This document shows, piece after piece, positions 28,772 to 37,113 of a stretch of DNA of 37,440 nt. Within the stretch, counting starts at the first letter, position 1. Each line of letters begins with the position of its first letter. Both the position numbers and the translations under genes were made by a program. The notes under the pieces are model-generated. The model saw only the letters and a program-made list of their open reading frames with translations, had not been told where the DNA came from and ran no database searches. This DNA comes from a virus (lineage: Duplodnaviria > Heunggongvirae > Uroviricota > Caudoviricetes), in IMG/VR virus record IMGVR_UViG_2541047705_000012; one strand, 5' to 3'.

Positions 28772-28972
28772 CTAATCTTTCGGATAGATATCCGGTCTTA
28801 AGTCAGATTTCGTAATTGCACCTGACGTGCATTGCTCAAGTTTTTTAGCCAGCACAAAACTGGCTTTTTTATAGCCATTGAAAACCAGCCGTAAGTAGCC
28901 AGGTGTTGAGCCAACTTTTCCGGCCAACTCGCCCTGCTGTTCTTTGGTTAAAGAGTCCCAATACGCTTTCAT
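28772..28972 (-). CDS. cro: Cro-like repressor (YdaS/Cro family HTH)
   Basis: Divergent from cI; start chosen at the ATG at 28972 (GGAGG upstream), giving 66 aa; C-terminus has an RPDI motif recalled from YdaS-family proteins. Confidence 0.6.
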   Translation of the reverse strand: MKAYWDSLTKEQQGELAGKVGSTPGYLRLVFNGYKKASFVLAKKLEQCTSGAITKSDLRPDIYPKD

Positions 28973-28978
28973 ACAATG

Positions 28979-29056
28979 TGTACCTCCAGTGTACATATTA
29001 CATGATTGAAATGAACCTTCAAGATACTTGTACCTTAACGGTACAAGGGTTTTAAT
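28979..29056. promoter_or_regulatory. Right operator/promoter region: divergent pR (cro) and pRM (cI) with two GTAC-type palindromic operators
   Basis: Palindromes TGTACctccagTGTACA (28979-28995) and CTTGTACCttaacGGTACAAG (29027-29047). pR on the minus strand: -35 TTGAAG (29017-29022), -10 TAATAT (28995-29000). pRM on the plus strand: -35 TTGTAC (29028-29033), -10 TTTAAT (29051-29056), ending 7 nt before the cI ATG, so cI may be leaderless. Confidence 0.45.
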
Positions 29057-29062
29057 TTCGTT

Positions 29063-29737
29063 ATGAAAACAATCCATGACATCCGGCGGTCTAACGCCAG
29101 AAAACTGAGAGATGGTGTTGGCGGGAATTCTTCCTTTGCCACTATGATTGATCGCGAGCCAACCCAGACCAGCAGGTTTATGGGAGATGGTGCTACTAAA
29201 AATATCGGTGACAGCATGGCACGACACATCGAAAAATGTTTCGACCTGCCTGTCGGATGGCTCGATCAAGAACACCAGACAACGAACATCACAAAAAAAC
29301 CTGATGTTTCAATCACTAATAAACAAATCACATTAGTCCCTGTCATATCATGGGTACAGGCCGGAGCATGGAAAGAAGTTGGATATTCTGAGGTTGATTT
29401 GAGCACAGCAGAAACGTATCCCTGCCCTGTACCCTGTGGGGAAATGACTTATATCTTGCGGGTGATAGGTGATTCAATGATTGATGAGTACCGCCCGGGA
29501 GACATGATTTTTGTCGATCCTGAAGTACCTGCCTGCCACGGTGACGACGTTATTGCATTGATGCACGATACAGGTGAAACCACCTTCAAAAGGTTGATAG
29601 AAGATGGGACACAGCGTTATCTCAAAGCGTTAAACCCAAACTGGCCTGAGCCTTACATTAAGATCAACGGTAATTGCTCTATAATTGGTACTGTGATTTT
29701 CTCAGGAAAACCAAGAAGATACAAAATCAAAGCCTAA
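29063..29737 (+). CDS. cI: CI-type repressor (N-terminal HTH, C-terminal S24 LexA-like autopeptidase domain)
   Basis: 224-aa ORF with the S24 serine motif (VIGDSM) and a downstream Lys; divergent from cro-like. Confidence 0.85.
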   Translation: MKTIHDIRRSNARKLRDGVGGNSSFATMIDREPTQTSRFMGDGATKNIGDSMARHIEKCFDLPVGWLDQEHQTTNITKKPDVSITNKQITLVPVISWVQAGAWKEVGYSEVDLSTAETYPCPVPCGEMTYILRVIGDSMIDEYRPGDMIFVDPEVPACHGDDVIALMHDTGETTFKRLIEDGTQRYLKALNPNWPEPYIKINGNCSIIGTVIFSGKPRRYKIKA

Positions 29738-29749
29738 TCAATGTTTATG

Positions 29750-29773
29750 AACCTGCTTCGGCAGGTTTTTTTA
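29750..29773 (+). terminator. Intrinsic terminator after cI
   Basis: Stem AACCTGC/GCAGGTT with loop TTCG followed by TTTTTTT. Confidence 0.7.
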
Positions 29774-29887
29774 TACTTGACAATGTACCTTTGGGATACA
29801 TAATGTACCCAAGAGAAACAACAAACAGGCAGGACGCCCACGAAGTAGCCGCCTGGGGCATATGAAGTCCAGGATGATTCGTTAGCA

Positions 29888-29912
29888 ACAAAAAAGCGCC
29901 CTATAGGACGCT
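29888..29912 (-). terminator. Intrinsic terminator after the minus-strand gene 29940-30452
   Basis: Hairpin GCGTCCTATAGGGCGC followed by TTTTTTGTTGC on the minus strand. Confidence 0.55.
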
Positions 29913-29939
29913 TCGCTCTTTAACAATCTGGATGACTTA

Positions 29940-30452
29940 TTACTCAGATTTGAACTTTGGTTCTGGCAAAAGAGGAGGAGTTGAGTCCTCGAATCGTAGC
30001 CAGTGCTCCCAGATATCGTGGGATTGTAATTCCAGAAGACCAATTTGACGTGATGCAACTGCAGTGCCAGCTATAGTTCCTCCTGCATAATCAACCTGGA
30101 CGGACTTTGACGCTTTCTCAATTAATTCTGTCCAAGCTTCACTTTCCGCGTTAAAAGAAGCAGTTAATTCCTGCAGACGCTGTGGATCATCCTTGTTGTC
30201 TTGTTTCAAACGATTCAGGGCGGCCACCGAATACTTATTCTTAACCCAACTAACCTGAGCTAACTGAACTCTCTGACAAGCGTCCATATCAGTAGTTGTT
30301 TCCTGAGGCATATCAAAGCAGGAAATAAAAAAAGTCTCAACACCATCATTTAGACTACTGCTCGGCTGGTTCAAAGCATCAGAAGCATTGGATGCTATCG
30401 GTATTATCAGTGCTACCGACAGAATCAAACGTTTAACATAAATCGCTCCCAT
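29940..30452 (-). CDS. Secreted/periplasmic protein with N-terminal signal peptide; weak resemblance to the DUF1311/LprI family is a guess
   Basis: 170-aa ORF convergent with cI, with its own terminator; hydrophobic N-terminus (LILSVALIIPIASNA). Confidence 0.45.
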   Translation of the reverse strand: MGAIYVKRLILSVALIIPIASNASDALNQPSSSLNDGVETFFISCFDMPQETTTDMDACQRVQLAQVSWVKNKYSVAALNRLKQDNKDDPQRLQELTASFNAESEAWTELIEKASKSVQVDYAGGTIAGTAVASRQIGLLELQSHDIWEHWLRFEDSTPPLLPEPKFKSE

Positions 30453-30739
30453 TTAATTATCCCCTCTAAGAACAGAGTCATCCAGATTAGCCGAATCCTT
30501 GTTGTTGGGGAATAACCAGGCCCACCTCGCCTGATGTGGCTAAAAGCAGGCACATAACAGCTAAGTATTTTCAACCAGAGAGAATCCTTAGCGTTGTGGT
30601 GAATGCGGCTCAGCGCACGCGGGTTAAGGTTGAGGCTGACAGTCGACCTTCTGTGGATACCCACCCGCCTGGTGTGCAACCTTCGCCAGGCACCGGGAGG
30701 CACCCGGCACCACAACTTTATGCTGTGTGTAGTCCTGGC

Positions 30740-30871
30740 GGTACCAGCTTGTACCCTTGCTTCCGGCTGGTACCGCTCTTTTTACAAAACAGAGAAGAGC
30801 ATCACCGGACGACGGGCTCATAACCCAATCCACCCGGGCGGCTGCCACCGCAGGTGTTCTTCTCTGTTTTG
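30740..30871 (+). promoter_or_regulatory. Early-left control region: GTAC-type operator-like palindrome, boxA-like motif and a large stem-loop
   Basis: GGTACCAGCTTGTACC (30740-30755); CGCTCTTTTTA (30774-30784); perfect 14-bp stem CAAAACAGAGAAGA (30785-30798) pairing with TCTTCTCTGTTTTG (30858-30871) around a GC-rich 59-nt loop. No N-like ORF is present. Confidence 0.4.
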
Positions 30872-30920
30872 TGGAGAAACCAACCGACCTTGCAGGGTCG
30901 ATATGATGAGGAGCAGCAAA

Positions 30921-31283
30921 ATGGCTAGCGAACGCAGTACCAACGTGCAGGAATTTATCGGGGAGCTGGACGGCGGCGTATTTGAAACCAAAATCGGCGC
31001 AGTTCTCAGTGAAGTCGCTTCCGGTGTGATGAACACGAAAACCAAAGGTAAGGTCTCGCTCAACCTGGAAATCGAACCGTTTGATGAGAACCGTGTGAAA
31101 ATAAAACACAAACTCTCATATGTTCGTCCGACTAACCGCGGGAAAATTTCCGAAGAAGACACCACCGAAACGCCGATGTATGTCAATCGCGGTGGTCGCC
31201 TGACTATTCTGCAGGAAGACCAGGGACAATTACTGACTCTTGCCGGTGAACCTGACGGAAAACTCCGCGCAGCAGGTCATTAA
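30921..31283 (+). CDS. Hypothetical early-left protein (recalled as YfdP-like)
   Basis: 120-aa product from the internal ATG at 30921 (GAGGAG 7 nt upstream); the long upstream extension of ORF 30603-31283 runs through the regulatory region and is rejected. Confidence 0.5.
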   Translation: MASERSTNVQEFIGELDGGVFETKIGAVLSEVASGVMNTKTKGKVSLNLEIEPFDENRVKIKHKLSYVRPTNRGKISEEDTTETPMYVNRGGRLTILQEDQGQLLTLAGEPDGKLRAAGH

Positions 31284-31348
31284 TATCGTTCTTAATTAAC
31301 TGATTATTTATCTCATCACTGAATATCTTTATATAGTGAGGACTTATT

Positions 31349-32173
31349 ATGTCTCAGAACTTAGACGCAACCGCAATTAATCAAATCCATGCCCTTATTT
31401 CTGCTCAGGGTGTTAATGAAATTATCAGTAAGATTGGTGCCGATGCTGTGGCATTGCCTGAGAATTTCCGCATTCATGATCTGGAAAAATTTAATTTAAA
31501 TCGCTTCCGTTTCCGTGGTGCGCTTTCCACTGCCAGCATCGATGACTTTACCCGTTATTCTAAAGATCTTGCGGATGAAGGCACCCGCTGCTTTATCGAT
31601 GCCGATAATATGCGTGCCGTCAGTGTGCTTAACCTGGGTACTATTGATGAGCCTGGTCACGCAGATAACACCGCCACTCTCAAACTGAAAAAGACAGCAC
31701 CGTTCTCTGCTCTGTTGTCTGTTAACGGCGAGCGTAACTCCCAGAAGTCACTGGCAGAATGGATTGAAGACTGGGCCGACTACCTTGTGGGCTTTGATGC
31801 TAATGGTGATGCCATTCAGGCAACAAAAGCGGCTGCGGCAGTCCGTAAAATCACGATTGAAGCAAACCAGACCGCTGATTTTGAAGACAATGACTTCAGC
31901 GGCAAACGCTCCCTGATGGAGTCTGTCGAAGCGAAGACCAAAGATATTATGCCAGTGGCATTTGAATTTAAATGCGTTCCGTTTGAAGGCCTGAAAGAAC
32001 GTCCGTTTAAATTACGCCTCAGCATTATCACTGGCGATCGTCCTGTACTGGTTCTGCGCATTATTCAGCTGGAAGCAGTGCAGGAAGAAATGGCTAACGA
32101 ATTTCGTGATCTGCTTGTTGAGAAATTCAAGGACAGCAAAGTAGAAACCTTTATTGGTACTTTTACCGCCTGA
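31349..32173 (+). CDS. DUF2303-family protein (recalled as YfdQ-like)
   Basis: 274-aa ORF with a ribosome-binding site; family assignment from memory. Confidence 0.5.
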   Translation: MSQNLDATAINQIHALISAQGVNEIISKIGADAVALPENFRIHDLEKFNLNRFRFRGALSTASIDDFTRYSKDLADEGTRCFIDADNMRAVSVLNLGTIDEPGHADNTATLKLKKTAPFSALLSVNGERNSQKSLAEWIEDWADYLVGFDANGDAIQATKAAAAVRKITIEANQTADFEDNDFSGKRSLMESVEAKTKDIMPVAFEFKCVPFEGLKERPFKLRLSIITGDRPVLVLRIIQLEAVQEEMANEFRDLLVEKFKDSKVETFIGTFTA

Positions 32174-32185
32174 TTTCATTACTGC

Positions 32186-32207
32186 AAATGCCCCTGCGGG
32201 GGCATTT
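32186..32207 (+). terminator. Perfect palindromic hairpin between the yfdQ-like and yfdR-like genes (possible terminator or attenuator)
   Basis: AAATGCCCC-TGCG-GGGGCATTT, 13 nt after the stop codon. Confidence 0.35.
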
Positions 32208-32300
32208 ATGGAAACGTAATTGACTCAATAATCGCCGGATGGTGAGGGCTTTCTTTTACCAGAATTCAGCGCGGTGCAGCGCATATACGTGGAGAACAAA

Positions 32301-32825
32301 ATGTCATTTATTAAAACTTTTTCCGGGAAGCATTTTTATTATGACAGGATAAATAAAGACGACATCGTTATTAACGATATCGCGGTTTCTCTTTCAAATA
32401 TCTGTCGCTTTGCAGGACATCTTTCACATTTCTACAGCGTCGCCCAACATGCGGTGCTTTGCAGCCAACTGGTACCGCAGGAATTTGCTTTTGAAGCGTT
32501 AATGCATGATGCAACAGAAGCGTATTGCCAGGACATCCCGGCGCCACTGAAACGCCTTCTTCCTGACTATAAACGGATGGAAGAAAAAATAGACGCCGTA
32601 ATCCGTGAGAAATACGGGTTACCCCCGGTTATGAGTACGCCCGTGAAATATGCCGATCTCATCATGCTGGCAACCGAACGCCGCGATCTCGGGCTTGATG
32701 ATGGCTCTTTCTGGCCCGTACTGGAAGGTATCCCGGCAACAGAGATGTTCAAAGTTATTCCACTGTCGCCAGGCCATACCTATGGGATGTTTATGGAACG
32801 CTTTAAAGAGTTAACTGAGTCGTAA
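32301..32825 (+). CDS. HD-domain phosphohydrolase (YfdR-like 5-prime-deoxynucleotidase)
   Basis: H...HD metal-binding motif (VAQHAVLCSQ...ALMHDATEAY); start at the ATG at 32301 (GGAG 6 nt upstream). Confidence 0.65.
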   Translation: MSFIKTFSGKHFYYDRINKDDIVINDIAVSLSNICRFAGHLSHFYSVAQHAVLCSQLVPQEFAFEALMHDATEAYCQDIPAPLKRLLPDYKRMEEKIDAVIREKYGLPPVMSTPVKYADLIMLATERRDLGLDDGSFWPVLEGIPATEMFKVIPLSPGHTYGMFMERFKELTES

Positions 32826-32933
32826 AAATCAGCACGTACGAATTCAAACTCTGCCATAAAAGAACATATAAGTAATTTATTAACATATAGATATAGGTTA
32901 TATTACAAATTGAAAAATTATTGGAGAGCAACA

Positions 32934-33800
32934 ATGAATCAAAATCCATTCTCATTCTATGACTTTCTTGGATATTTAATACCAGGTGGTTTTTTTATCC
33001 TATTAATGTATTTCTGTGGTTTGACATTCGATCTAGATATTGTTATTGACTTAAGTGAATTGCTCAGAGGTCAAAGTCAAATCTTTGGCATTTTGAACTA
33101 CGCTTCAATAGTTATTATATCTTATATAGCTGGACATTTTATTTCTATCACGTCAGCATTTTTTATCGAAAAATACATGAATAAAGAATTAGGATATCCT
33201 TCCAAATATCTATTTAAAAAATTGATAGATACCTCAGAAAGCATTTGTAGCCCATCATGCGATGAGAGAAGCGCTGATAAAAAAACAAAAATAAAGAATC
33301 GCATAATCAAATGCGTATTATGTCCAATAATACTATGGGATTTTATAACACAAAAACTATGTTATTCTCAATCTCTACCATTTCATTTAGCTAATACAAC
33401 ATGGTTAATGATCAAAGAAGGTTATGAGAAAAAGTTCATAACAAATCGCCAATTATTACAAGATAAAAACGGACTTGATGATGATCTCTTCAGATTGGCA
33501 TATCATTATGTTTATGAGTTTTCAAAACAACATCAAACAAAAATTCAAAACTATGTTGCATTATATGGTTTTTGCAGAAACATATGTTTAATCTTTATAA
33601 TTTCATTTTGGGTATCAGTTCCAACCTTTATTTATCGATTATGTACTCATAGTGATTATCTTTATAGTTTACTTTCAATAATGCTTAGCTTTTTCTTCGT
33701 CTATGTTTTCTATGTTGGTTTTGTTAAATTTTATAGAAGATATACTTTAGAAGTATTAATGGCATTTGCTGTACTTCAAAGTAACGACACTATTCGTTAA
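32934..33800 (+). CDS. Low-GC integral membrane protein (two N-terminal and two C-terminal predicted transmembrane helices around a ~130-aa soluble domain); candidate superinfection-exclusion or abortive-infection gene
   Basis: Start at the ATG at 32934 (GGAG 7 nt upstream); own AT-rich promoter-like sequence (-10 TATATT at 32899-32904); no family recognised. Confidence 0.5.
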   Translation: MNQNPFSFYDFLGYLIPGGFFILLMYFCGLTFDLDIVIDLSELLRGQSQIFGILNYASIVIISYIAGHFISITSAFFIEKYMNKELGYPSKYLFKKLIDTSESICSPSCDERSADKKTKIKNRIIKCVLCPIILWDFITQKLCYSQSLPFHLANTTWLMIKEGYEKKFITNRQLLQDKNGLDDDLFRLAYHYVYEFSKQHQTKIQNYVALYGFCRNICLIFIISFWVSVPTFIYRLCTHSDYLYSLLSIMLSFFFVYVFYVGFVKFYRRYTLEVLMAFAVLQSNDTIR

Positions 33801-33841
33801 TAATGTTGCTCCCGTGTGCAGACGGGATAATGGAGAAACGT

Positions 33842-34048
33842 ATGCTGAACCTCGATTGTGTTCCTATCTCAACTTATTGCAAAGAAACTGGCGAAACTCC
33901 TGAAGCAATAAACAAACGTGTACAGCGCGGTGTTTGGCGTGAAGGTGTTCAGGTTTTAAAGGTTGAAGGCGTTAAGGAGAGGTGGATTGATCTTAGTGAG
34001 GTTGCAAAATGGGCCAGACAAAACTGCTCAAACTACCGCGCGGCGTAA
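33842..34048 (+). CDS. xis: Excisionase-like small DNA-binding protein
   Basis: 68-aa product (GGAG 6 nt upstream of the ATG at 33842) immediately upstream of and overlapping the integrase start. Confidence 0.55.
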   Translation: MLNLDCVPISTYCKETGETPEAINKRVQRGVWREGVQVLKVEGVKERWIDLSEVAKWARQNCSNYRAA

Positions 34049-34209
34049 CAATCAGGAAACACCACCAGGGAGAAACGATCAATATAACTTTCACCTACAA
34101 AGGAGTTAGATGTCGTGAGCCGCTTTCCAATCTGGAAGTAACACCAAAGAACATTAAATACGCCGAGTGAACCGCCCCGGGTTTCCTGGAGAGTGTTTTA
34201 TCTGTGAAC

Positions 34210-35100
34210 TCAGGCTGCCAGATCATCGTTTCCGATGGAAGCATAATAAGCTTTTTCTGCTTCTGCCGGAGGAGTATGGCCCAGCCTTTCCAGCAATCGT
34301 CGATTGTTATACCAGTCCACCCACGTGAGTGTGGCCAGTTCCACTTCTGCACGGTTTTTCCAGCTCTTACGGTGTATTACCTCCGCTTTGTAAAGACCAT
34401 TGATGCTCTCCGCCATCGCGTTGTCATACGAGTCGCCTGTACTTCCTGTTGATGCCAGTAATCCGGCTTCCTTAAGCCGCTGTGTGTAGGCCAGCGATAC
34501 ATACTGAGAACCTTTATCACTGTGATGGACCGTGCCGGACGGTCGACGGGCCCATAACGCCTGCTCCAGTGCATCCAGCACGAATGTCGTTTCCATGGAC
34601 GATGAGACCCGCCACCCCACGATGTATCCGGCAAACACATCAATGATGAACGCCACATAGACGAAGCCCCGCCATGTGCTGACGTAAGTAAAATCAGCCA
34701 CCCACAGCTGGTCAGGTCGTTCTGCCACGAACTGACGGTTTACGCGGTCGCCTGCGGCAACGGCTTTCCGGCTGATGGTCGTACGGACCTTTTTACCCCG
34801 GAGAACACCGGCAAGTCCCATAACCGCCATGAGACGTGCCACAGTGCATCTGGCCACTCTGATACCTTCCCGTAACAACTGACGCCAGACTTTACGCACA
34901 CCGTATACCTTGTGATTTTCATCGTATACGCGCTGTATCTCTTTCTTCAGCCAGTCATCGCGCTGCGCACGGGCACTGCGTTTATCCGGATGATGTCGCT
35001 GTTGCTGACAGTGGTAATACGTTGACGGGGCAATATGCAGTTCGCTGCATAGCGGTCCGACCCCGTACTGCTCACGCAGCTTATCCAGCAGTGGCATCAT
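34210..35100 (-). CDS. IS3-family transposase OrfB (DDE integrase domain)
   Basis: 296-aa ORF in the -1 frame relative to orfA, starting within the A-run at the orfA 3-prime end. Confidence 0.85.
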   Translation of the reverse strand: MMPLLDKLREQYGVGPLCSELHIAPSTYYHCQQQRHHPDKRSARAQRDDWLKKEIQRVYDENHKVYGVRKVWRQLLREGIRVARCTVARLMAVMGLAGVLRGKKVRTTISRKAVAAGDRVNRQFVAERPDQLWVADFTYVSTWRGFVYVAFIIDVFAGYIVGWRVSSSMETTFVLDALEQALWARRPSGTVHHSDKGSQYVSLAYTQRLKEAGLLASTGSTGDSYDNAMAESINGLYKAEVIHRKSWKNRAEVELATLTWVDWYNNRRLLERLGHTPPAEAEKAYYASIGNDDLAA

Positions 35101-35423
35101 TTTTTCCAGAGGCGGTCGAACTCCGCCTTCGCAAAATAAGCGGAAGCCTGGCGAAGGATATCGTTACTGCGGCGCAGTTCACGATTTTCACGTTCCAGCT
35201 CTTTCAGACGCTGACGTTCAGCGGTGGTGAGCCCTCCATCACCGCCCCCGGTATCCCGCTCATGCTGGCGAACCCAGACACGCAGAGTCTCCGGCGTACA
35301 GCCAATCTTTGGAGCAATGGAACAAATTGTCGCCCATTGTGAGTCATATTCGCTCTGACTTTCCAGAACCATACGGACTGCCCGTTGACGGACTTCGGGG
35401 GAAAAACGAGTATTTTTAGTCAT
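35097..35423 (-). CDS. IS3-family transposase OrfA (HTH and leucine zipper)
   Basis: 108-aa ORF ending in WKK at an AAAAAA run, typical of the OrfA/OrfB frameshift window. Confidence 0.85.
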   Translation of the reverse strand: MTKNTRFSPEVRQRAVRMVLESQSEYDSQWATICSIAPKIGCTPETLRVWVRQHERDTGGGDGGLTTAERQRLKELERENRELRRSNDILRQASAYFAKAEFDRLWKK

Positions 35424-36485
35424 CCTGTTTACCTCTTTCTCAGGAAGTTTAGTCTCCAGGATTCCCGGGGCGGTTCAGAGCGTACACTCGGCGAAATCCA
35501 TAATAAGATCGAAAGGGGAACATTCATTTATGCAGAATATTTTCCCCGTTCTGCTCGTTTGAAAATTTTTGGTAATGCTGCTGCAAGCAAAACGGTAAAG
35601 ATGTACCTGGACGAATATCTTGAAATCTGCGAAACAAGAAAACTTTCACCCTCTACGATTGGTGGCTATAAAAAATGCCGTAGTGCGTTAGCCTCACTTC
35701 ACATTTGCCCTGCAAGTGAATTAACACCAGCAACCCTGAAAGCGTGGATTCAAAGCCAGAAAACAACCTTAAAAACCATTCGCAACCAGTTATCTTTCCT
35801 ACGGTCAGCACTTGATGAAGCCGTGACCGATGGGGTACTTCAAATTAACCCCGTATCGTTAGTAACAGCTTCGCGCTACCAAAGTGATAAGTCAGAAGCA
35901 GAAAGCAGCTATGTGGTTGATCCGCTATCACCAGCAGAAGTTGATGCATTACTAGCAGCAGCCGGAAACAAACAATGGGAAAATCTGTTCCGGTTCGCCA
36001 TACATACAGGCCTGCGTAGTTCTGAATTATGTGCCCTACGATGGCATGATATCGACTTTGTTGGAAAAACAGCCCATGTTCAGAGCGCAAGTGTTGTCGG
36101 AGTTATCAAAGGAACAAAGACAAAAGCCGGTACCCGTAAAGTTGAACTGACTGAAGAAGCAATGTTGGCGTTGATAAACCAGAAGCCATTTACATTCATG
36201 AAGGATGCTACTGTCTTTGAAGATCCAAAGACCAATAAACCCTGGGCAAGTGCTGATGCAATTAGGAAAAAAGCATGGGTGCCAACATTGCGAAAAGCAG
36301 GTATTCGTTACAGAAACCCATATCAAACCAGGCATACATTCGCCACCAGCCATATCAGCCGGGGAGCAAACCTGTTTTGGCTTGCGGCTCAAATGGGCCA
36401 TAAAGGGCCTGAAATGTTATTCAGGCACTATGGACAATACTTGAAAGAGTATGATGGGAGGGCAAGTATCAAGGATAAAAAGGCT

Positions 36486-37103
36486 TTATTTTAAGTCATT
36501 ATGCCAATCGTCTACTGTTTGAAACCAAATTTTTAACCTTTGCATAAAGGTACGATCCTTTTTGGGAGGGTGGTACCTTTGAAAAGAAGTATGTAACGCT
36601 TCGATAACTCCCATACAAGCATCAATTACTTCTTGTGCTTTAACCGGGCGATCGGCATCTGAAAGCTTGTGAGCGACCTCACAATCCAGAGTTGCTTTCT
36701 CTAGTACAGATGAGAACACCTCGTCAGGTATATACAGTCCTCTGCTTTCCAAAATGCAAATCAGTTTGGAAACTTGTTGAGCTTTAGCCAAGATAGTTAA
36801 CAAGTATGAAACAGAAGCCTTTGTTCTATCCTTTTGCAACCTTAACAATCGATGCTTTGATGCTCTAATTTTAGGTTGAGTTGTCTGACTGAGCCAATAG
36901 TTAGAAGAAATATCAGAAATTTCAATAACTAACTTTGAAATAGCATCAATAATTGATTTCGATTCAGAACGTGTCGCCAGTTTTACAGAATTATTGTACG
37001 CAACTCGCCATCCAATGAAAACTAAGCAGACGCTAACTACTGTGATACACCACGAATACTGTCCTATTTGTGCTACTAATGACATTGGTTCCGTACTGAT
37101 CAA
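36486..37103 (-). CDS. Hypothetical protein with N-terminal transmembrane anchor
   Basis: 205-aa ORF with a TTG start (AAGAGG 6 nt upstream), 10 nt after the upstream stop; convergent with and overlapping the integrase 3-prime end by 9 nt. Confidence 0.4.
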   Translation of the reverse strand: MISTEPMSLVAQIGQYSWCITVVSVCLVFIGWRVAYNNSVKLATRSESKSIIDAISKLVIEISDISSNYWLSQTTQPKIRASKHRLLRLQKDRTKASVSYLLTILAKAQQVSKLICILESRGLYIPDEVFSSVLEKATLDCEVAHKLSDADRPVKAQEVIDACMGVIEALHTSFQRYHPPKKDRTFMQRLKIWFQTVDDWHNDLK

Positions 37104-37113
37104 CTATCGCCTC

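Larger units (their letters stand above)
34168..35477 (-). mobile_element. IS3-family insertion sequence, most consistent with IS629/IS1203, 1310 bp
   Basis: Terminal inverted repeats TGAACCGCCCCGGG at both ends; flanking 3-bp direct repeat GAG (34165-34167 and 35478-35480); orfA/orfB in -1 frame arrangement. Confidence 0.85.
34009..36494 (+). pseudogene. int: Tyrosine integrase interrupted after codon 53 by an IS3-family element
   Basis: N-terminal fragment 34009-34167 (MGQTKLLKLPRGVTIRK...KYAE) and C-terminal remainder 35478-36494 (RTLGEIHNKIERG...RHYGQY) are in the same frame once the IS and one GAG copy are removed, giving about 390 aa. Confidence 0.75.

Noticed and set aside
30603-30920. 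Long N-terminal extension of the yfdP-like ORF, plus ORFs 30425-30715 and 30536-30823
   Set aside because: They run through the GC-rich regulatory leader with no ribosome-binding sites. The real start is the ATG at 30921 with a GAGGAG site 7 nt upstream.
35385-36494. Track ORF of 369 aa that looks like an intact integrase
   Set aside because: Its first 31 codons (35385-35477) lie inside the IS right end. The real integrase N-terminus is at 34009-34167 on the other side of the IS, so the gene is interrupted rather than intact.
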